A DNA stretch of 54,071 nucleotides from Bacteroidales bacterium (GTDB lineage: Bacteria; Bacteroidota; Bacteroidia; Bacteroidales; VadinHA17). A program made the position numbers and the translations under genes. Shown here piece after piece: positions 45,970-54,071 of this stretch. The notes beneath the pieces were generated by a model. It saw only the letters and a program-made list of their open reading frames with translations, did not search any database and was not told the DNA's origin. Where the stretch lies: the NCBI GenBank assembly GCA_016936435.1, contig JAFGXX010000001.1:1-54071 (forward strand). The letters are read 5' to 3'. Numbering within the stretch: position 1 is the first letter of the stretch; the number at the start of each line of letters is the position of its first letter.

Positions 45970-48792
45970 CTATTTCGTTCCGGTCAGAACAGGTTTTCCG
46001 AAGCCCAGCTTTTCAAGAGGCTTCATCTGGGTTGCGGCATCGCCCACCACCACGTAATACATCTTGTCGGGAATAATATATTTCTGAGTTATTGCCTTGT
46101 GTTCCTCCACCGTCATGTCGCGGATCACCTCTTCCTCGCGCTTGATGAAGTCATCGGGGAAACCGTACTTAGTCATCGTTGAAAGCATTCCCACAAGATT
46201 GGCATTTGTCTCGAAGTTGAGGGCATTTGATCTGATCATACAGTTCTTAATGAACTGAACATCTTCCTCACTCACCCCTTCGCGGTATTTTTCCATTTCT
46301 TCCCTGAATATCTTCAGCGACTCGTATGTTGCGTCCGATCTTACGCTTGTAGCTGCAACGAAAGGTGCTGTTATGCCCATCTGCAGAAAATTGCTTGAAG
46401 CTCCGTAAGTATAGCCTTTTTCTTCCCTGAGGATCTGGTTGAAGATGCTTGTGAAAGCTCCCCCGAGGCGGTAGTTGATGAAACTGGCCTTTATGTAATC
46501 CGGGTTGTCACGTTTAATAGCCGGATAGCCAAGATAAATAACCGATTGTCTGGATCCGGGTATGTCGACAAAGTATATCGTTGATTTTTCGGGTTTTACA
46601 GGCTCGGAATAGCTGTTGCTGACGACCTCTTTTGGTTTCCATTCTGCTGCCAGAGGAGCCAGTGCCACCATCGCTTCCTCCTTGGTAATTTTTCCTGCGA
46701 TGAGAACCCTTGTTACAGAAGGCGAAAAGTTCCTGTCGTAATATTCTTTAAGATCACCGATAGTTATCTTTTCCACCGACTCCCTTGTGCCTCTTGCATC
46801 ATAGCCAAAGATGTTATCGGTACCGTATATAAGCCTGTAAAAAGTTCGGCTGGCGACGCTGGATGGCTGTGCTTCCGACTGTATCAGGCTGTTGAGTGCA
46901 CGTGTGCGGGCTATGGCGAATTCGGTTGAATCCCACCTGGGTTCCAGAAGTATCTCTTTCATAAGTGAAATAGTCCTGTCAAAATTCCTCGAAAGTGTCG
47001 CACCCTCGAAATGCATCTCTTCCCTGCCGGCATACATCGAAATACCTGAACCGAGCAGCTCAATTTCCTCCTCCAGCTCTTCCGGTGTTTTGTTTTTCGT
47101 TCCCTGGGGCATCAGCGCAGCTACGAGACTTGAAACACCTGGAAGCTCAGTCCTGTCCTGATAAGCACCGCCCGTAAGCACGATACTGAGATTCACAAGC
47201 GGAAGTTCATCATTTTGAATTCCAAACACTTCGATCCCGTTTTCGAGCTGTGCTTTCCATATTCCAGGGACCTTTACTTCCGGTTCGGGACCGGCCGGCG
47301 GTTCGTTTGCGCGGTTGATAAGAGAGGGAGTTTTAACCGGTTCTTCACTCACAGCCCCGGCTATCTCAACCTGTGTAGCTTCGTTTATATCCTCCTCAGC
47401 AACTACTGCGGGAACAGAATTCTCTGCTGCCATTTCTGGCATACCTTTCGGTACAAAACTTGTAACAACATAGGGTTTGTTTTTTATATATTCATTATAA
47501 ACCCTGCTTATGTCTTCCTTTGTAACCGCCTTGATGTTCTCAATATCTTTCTCGATGAAGCCGGGATCTTTAAGAAAGGTATTATAAAATGCAAGGTTAA
47601 GTGCCTTGTAGAATACGCTGTTCAATCCCTGGTAGAAAGACATTTCACTTGTTGCCTTGATCCTTTCCACATCCTTGTCTGTGATCCCTTCTTTTTCAAA
47701 GCGTTCAAATGCTTCGAAGACAGCTTCCTCAATTTCCCTGAGAGTCCGTCCTTCATTGGCCCTGATGCTGATGGTGAACTCTCCGGTCAGCTCACTGGAG
47801 CTGTTATATGCACTTGCCGAAGATGTGAGCTGTTTTTCCCTGACAAGAACATTATACATTGGTGCCTTCTTCCCTTCCGACAGTATTTTTGCCAGGAAGT
47901 CGAGAGGATACATATCTTTATTGTACGATTCCGGAACCGGCCATACCATATTTATTTCCGGGACATTCGCAAAATTGTCTTCATGATAAACTCTCTTTGT
48001 TTCTTTGAGCCTGACGGGCATCGGAGAACGGTCTTCTACCTCTCCATGAGTTTTTATTTCCCCGAAATACTTATCGAGAAGTATCTTCACAGAGTCGCGA
48101 TTGAAATCACCTGCAATCACCAGTGTTGCATTATTGGGGCCGTAGAATTTTTGGTAGAAATTACGGACATCATCCAGAGTCGAATTGCGAAGGTCTTCCA
48201 TGTCACCGATCACATCCCATCTGTATGGGTGCTGCTCAGGGTATAGGTTTTTGTAGATTGCCTCCTGTGTGAAACCGTAAGGCGCATTGTCGACAGTCTG
48301 TCTTTTTTCGTTGAGTACCACGTTTTGCTGTATTGCAAGAAGCCTCGGGGTAACGGAATTGATAAAGAATCCCATCCTGTCCGATTCCAGCCACAGCACT
48401 TTTTCCAGTGCGTTTTTCGGGAACATTTCGAAATATGTGGTTACATCACGGCTGGTGAAACCGTTGTTGGAGCCTCCCATGCTTTCAATTATCAGGTCGA
48501 ACCTGCCTGGTTCTACATTTTCGGACCCTCCGAAAAGAAGATGTTCAAAAAGATGGGCAAATCCTGTTTTTCCCGGAACCTCCCTGCTGGAACCAACATG
48601 GTACATTATCGCATAGGCCATCATAGGATCCGAATGATCTTCGTGCAGTATTACCTGCAGGCCGTTCGGCATGGTGTATTTTTCAAAATCAACACTGAGC
48701 CGGTCATTGACTGATACATTTTTGCATGAAGTTAACGCTGACAAAGCGATAACAATGGCAAAGAGAAACGCAAAATTACGGAATCTGTTCAT
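45970..48792 (-). CDS. M16-family zinc peptidase, two-module lipoprotein
   Basis: Lipobox LTS-C, YHVGS..E..GKTGFAHLFEH (HxxEH), NGFT, LESDRM, NEKRQ. The second module lacks HxxEH and has LREEKGYTYG. Confidence 0.93.
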   Translation of the reverse strand: MNRFRNFAFLFAIVIALSALTSCKNVSVNDRLSVDFEKYTMPNGLQVILHEDHSDPMMAYAIMYHVGSSREVPGKTGFAHLFEHLLFGGSENVEPGRFDLIIESMGGSNNGFTSRDVTTYFEMFPKNALEKVLWLESDRMGFFINSVTPRLLAIQQNVVLNEKRQTVDNAPYGFTQEAIYKNLYPEQHPYRWDVIGDMEDLRNSTLDDVRNFYQKFYGPNNATLVIAGDFNRDSVKILLDKYFGEIKTHGEVEDRSPMPVRLKETKRVYHEDNFANVPEINMVWPVPESYNKDMYPLDFLAKILSEGKKAPMYNVLVREKQLTSSASAYNSSSELTGEFTISIRANEGRTLREIEEAVFEAFERFEKEGITDKDVERIKATSEMSFYQGLNSVFYKALNLAFYNTFLKDPGFIEKDIENIKAVTKEDISRVYNEYIKNKPYVVTSFVPKGMPEMAAENSVPAVVAEEDINEATQVEIAGAVSEEPVKTPSLINRANEPPAGPEPEVKVPGIWKAQLENGIEVFGIQNDELPLVNLSIVLTGGAYQDRTELPGVSSLVAALMPQGTKNKTPEELEEEIELLGSGISMYAGREEMHFEGATLSRNFDRTISLMKEILLEPRWDSTEFAIARTRALNSLIQSEAQPSSVASRTFYRLIYGTDNIFGYDARGTRESVEKITIGDLKEYYDRNFSPSVTRVLIAGKITKEEAMVALAPLAAEWKPKEVVSNSYSEPVKPEKSTIYFVDIPGSRQSVIYLGYPAIKRDNPDYIKASFINYRLGGAFTSIFNQILREEKGYTYGASSNFLQMGITAPFVAATSVRSDATYESLKIFREEMEKYREGVSEEDVQFIKNCMIRSNALNFETNANLVGMLSTMTKYGFPDDFIKREEEVIRDMTVEEHKAITQKYIIPDKMYYVVVGDAATQMKPLEKLGFGKPVLTGTK

Positions 48793-48979
48793 ATACAAGA
48801 GTATAAGTTTATTTATTCAGAGATTATTCTTATATGAAGTGCGAAATTATAAAATTATCCCGAGATTCCAATGAGGCTTTTTCGCGGACAATGGCTGAGA
48901 ACCACCTGACCACACGGGAGAGGGTTTGCATTTTCATTTTTATTTCTTAGGTTTAAATTCAATTTAAAATTACTTGATC

Positions 48980-50323
48980 ATGAGACACAATCGCAGGTCT
49001 TTTATCAGGAAAGCTGCTGCCGGCGCTGCAGCAGTGAGCCTGGGCGGCATCTTACCGGGTTTTGATGCCCGCAGTTACTCCAGAATTGCCGGAGCAAACG
49101 AAAGGATAGGTATTTCGGTCATGGGCGTCAACTCAAGAGGACTGGCACTTGCAAGAAGTTTTGCCAGGCAGAAAGATGTCGATGTGATCTTCATCAGCGA
49201 TGTAGATTCCCGGGCCGCTTCAAAGTGCTGTGATACAATTGAGAAACTTGGTGTAAAACGACCTGAAGCGCGCCCCGATTTCAGAAAGAGTCTCGAAAGT
49301 GAAGACCCCGACGCTCTTGTTGTTGCAGCACCTGATCACTGGCATGCACCGGCTGCACTTATGGCCCTTAAGGCAGGTAAGCACGTGTACCTCGAGAAGC
49401 CATGCAGTCATAATCCTGCCGAAGGCGAACTTCTGGTGGAAGCTGTGAAAAAGTACAGGAAAATTGTACAGATGGGGAACCAGCGAAGGTCTTTTCCCCG
49501 CGTAATCCAGGGTATCGGGGAACTTAAAGCCGGTATCATAGGTCGTCCTTATTTTGCCAAAACATGGTATACAAACAACAGGGCATCCATCGGCAGAGGC
49601 AAGGAAATACCTGTTCCTTCATGGCTGGACTACGAACTATGGCAGGGTCCGGCACCGAGAAGACCTTTCAGGGATAATCTCATTCATTATAACTGGCACT
49701 GGTTCTGGAACTGGGGGACAGGAGAAGCCCTGAATAACGGCACCCATTTCGCCGATATTGCCCGCTGGGGACTGGGAGTGGATTACCCTGTGAGAGTAAG
49801 CTCTGCAGGAGGCAGGTACCGCTACGACGACGACTGGGAAACACCCGACACACAGGTCATTACATTAGAATTCGGCAACAACACGGCCATGTCGTGGGAA
49901 GGACTAAGCTGTAACGGACGCCCCGTGGAAGGAAGCACGGTGGGAGTTATTTTCAGCGGAGAAGGAGGCGCTATACAGATCAACGGCGGTGATGAATATT
50001 TTGTATACGACCTGAAGGGCAAACTTGTCAAGGAGGTCAGCAGCAAAACTGATATCGACTCAAGGAATACCAGCGATCCTTCGGCAGGCCTCGATTCAGT
50101 TCATATCAGGAATTTCCTCGATGCCATAAAGACAGGGGCTCAGCTGAGATCTGATATAGAGAGCGGACATAAGAGTACCTTGCTGGTTCAGCTTGGCAAT
50201 ATTGCTCAGAGAACAGGTGCAACCCTCGAAACAGATCCCTCTGACGGGCATATTCTGAAAAACAAAAAAGCACAGAAACTGTGGACACGAGACTATGAAC
50301 CGGGATGGAAACCCACGGTCTGA
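48980..50323 (+). CDS. Tat-exported Gfo/Idh/MocA NAD-dependent oxidoreductase
   Basis: Tat signal NRRSFIRK, MGVNSRG, PDHWH, AGKHVYLEKP, GNQRRS, DYELWQGPA, NWHWFWNWGTG...NNGTH..D. Confidence 0.92.
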   Translation: MRHNRRSFIRKAAAGAAAVSLGGILPGFDARSYSRIAGANERIGISVMGVNSRGLALARSFARQKDVDVIFISDVDSRAASKCCDTIEKLGVKRPEARPDFRKSLESEDPDALVVAAPDHWHAPAALMALKAGKHVYLEKPCSHNPAEGELLVEAVKKYRKIVQMGNQRRSFPRVIQGIGELKAGIIGRPYFAKTWYTNNRASIGRGKEIPVPSWLDYELWQGPAPRRPFRDNLIHYNWHWFWNWGTGEALNNGTHFADIARWGLGVDYPVRVSSAGGRYRYDDDWETPDTQVITLEFGNNTAMSWEGLSCNGRPVEGSTVGVIFSGEGGAIQINGGDEYFVYDLKGKLVKEVSSKTDIDSRNTSDPSAGLDSVHIRNFLDAIKTGAQLRSDIESGHKSTLLVQLGNIAQRTGATLETDPSDGHILKNKKAQKLWTRDYEPGWKPTV

Positions 50324-50349
50324 CGGGCTTATATTAAGATGAGCATTAA

Positions 50350-54071
<3,722 letters not shown>

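Noticed and set aside
47215-48246. 343-aa plus-strand ORF
   Set aside because: It is fully antisense to the well-supported M16 peptidase, has Phe/Ile/Cys-rich shadow-frame composition and shows no recognisable motif.

Overview
This is a gene-dense chromosomal segment from an anaerobic Bacteroidota, probably a Bacteroidales. The evidence is TAnnTTTG -7 promoter boxes, weak Shine-Dalgarno signals, the surE-lpxB and gldF-gldG-dnaN gene order, and a DUF3078 gene. The left end (1-9.2 kb) is a [FeFe]-hydrogenase accessory and regulatory locus. It holds a truncated histidine kinase, a single-domain response regulator, a REC-HisKA-HATPase hybrid kinase, a divergent Rex, an FAD synthetase whose riboflavin-kinase half looks degenerate, hydG, a tandem-duplicated TM1266-like regulator, and hydE lying between two exported peptidases. 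An amino-acid fermentation operon follows (ADP-forming acyl-CoA synthetase, PLP aminotransferase, four-subunit 2-oxoacid:ferredoxin oxidoreductase). The middle is mostly housekeeping and envelope genes: nadD, gmk, yicC, tnaA, a ceramide-synthase-like GNAT, an MqnP-like prenyltransferase, a macrodomain, pheT, surE, lpxB, SpoIID, gldF/G, dnaN and a DnaQ-like exonuclease. The right end is accessory: two Tat-exported Gfo/Idh/MocA oxidoreductases, a PepSY-TM/lipoprotein pair, an orphan efflux adaptor, M1 and M16 peptidases, a beta-propeller protein, and a GH2 with an inserted LamG domain that runs off the window and is missing from the ORF track. I saw no rRNA, tRNA, CRISPR array or transposase. 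The best candidate for an under-described system is the kinase/Rex/flavin/H-cluster maturation module at the left end. All calls come from motif recognition by eye, without database searches.
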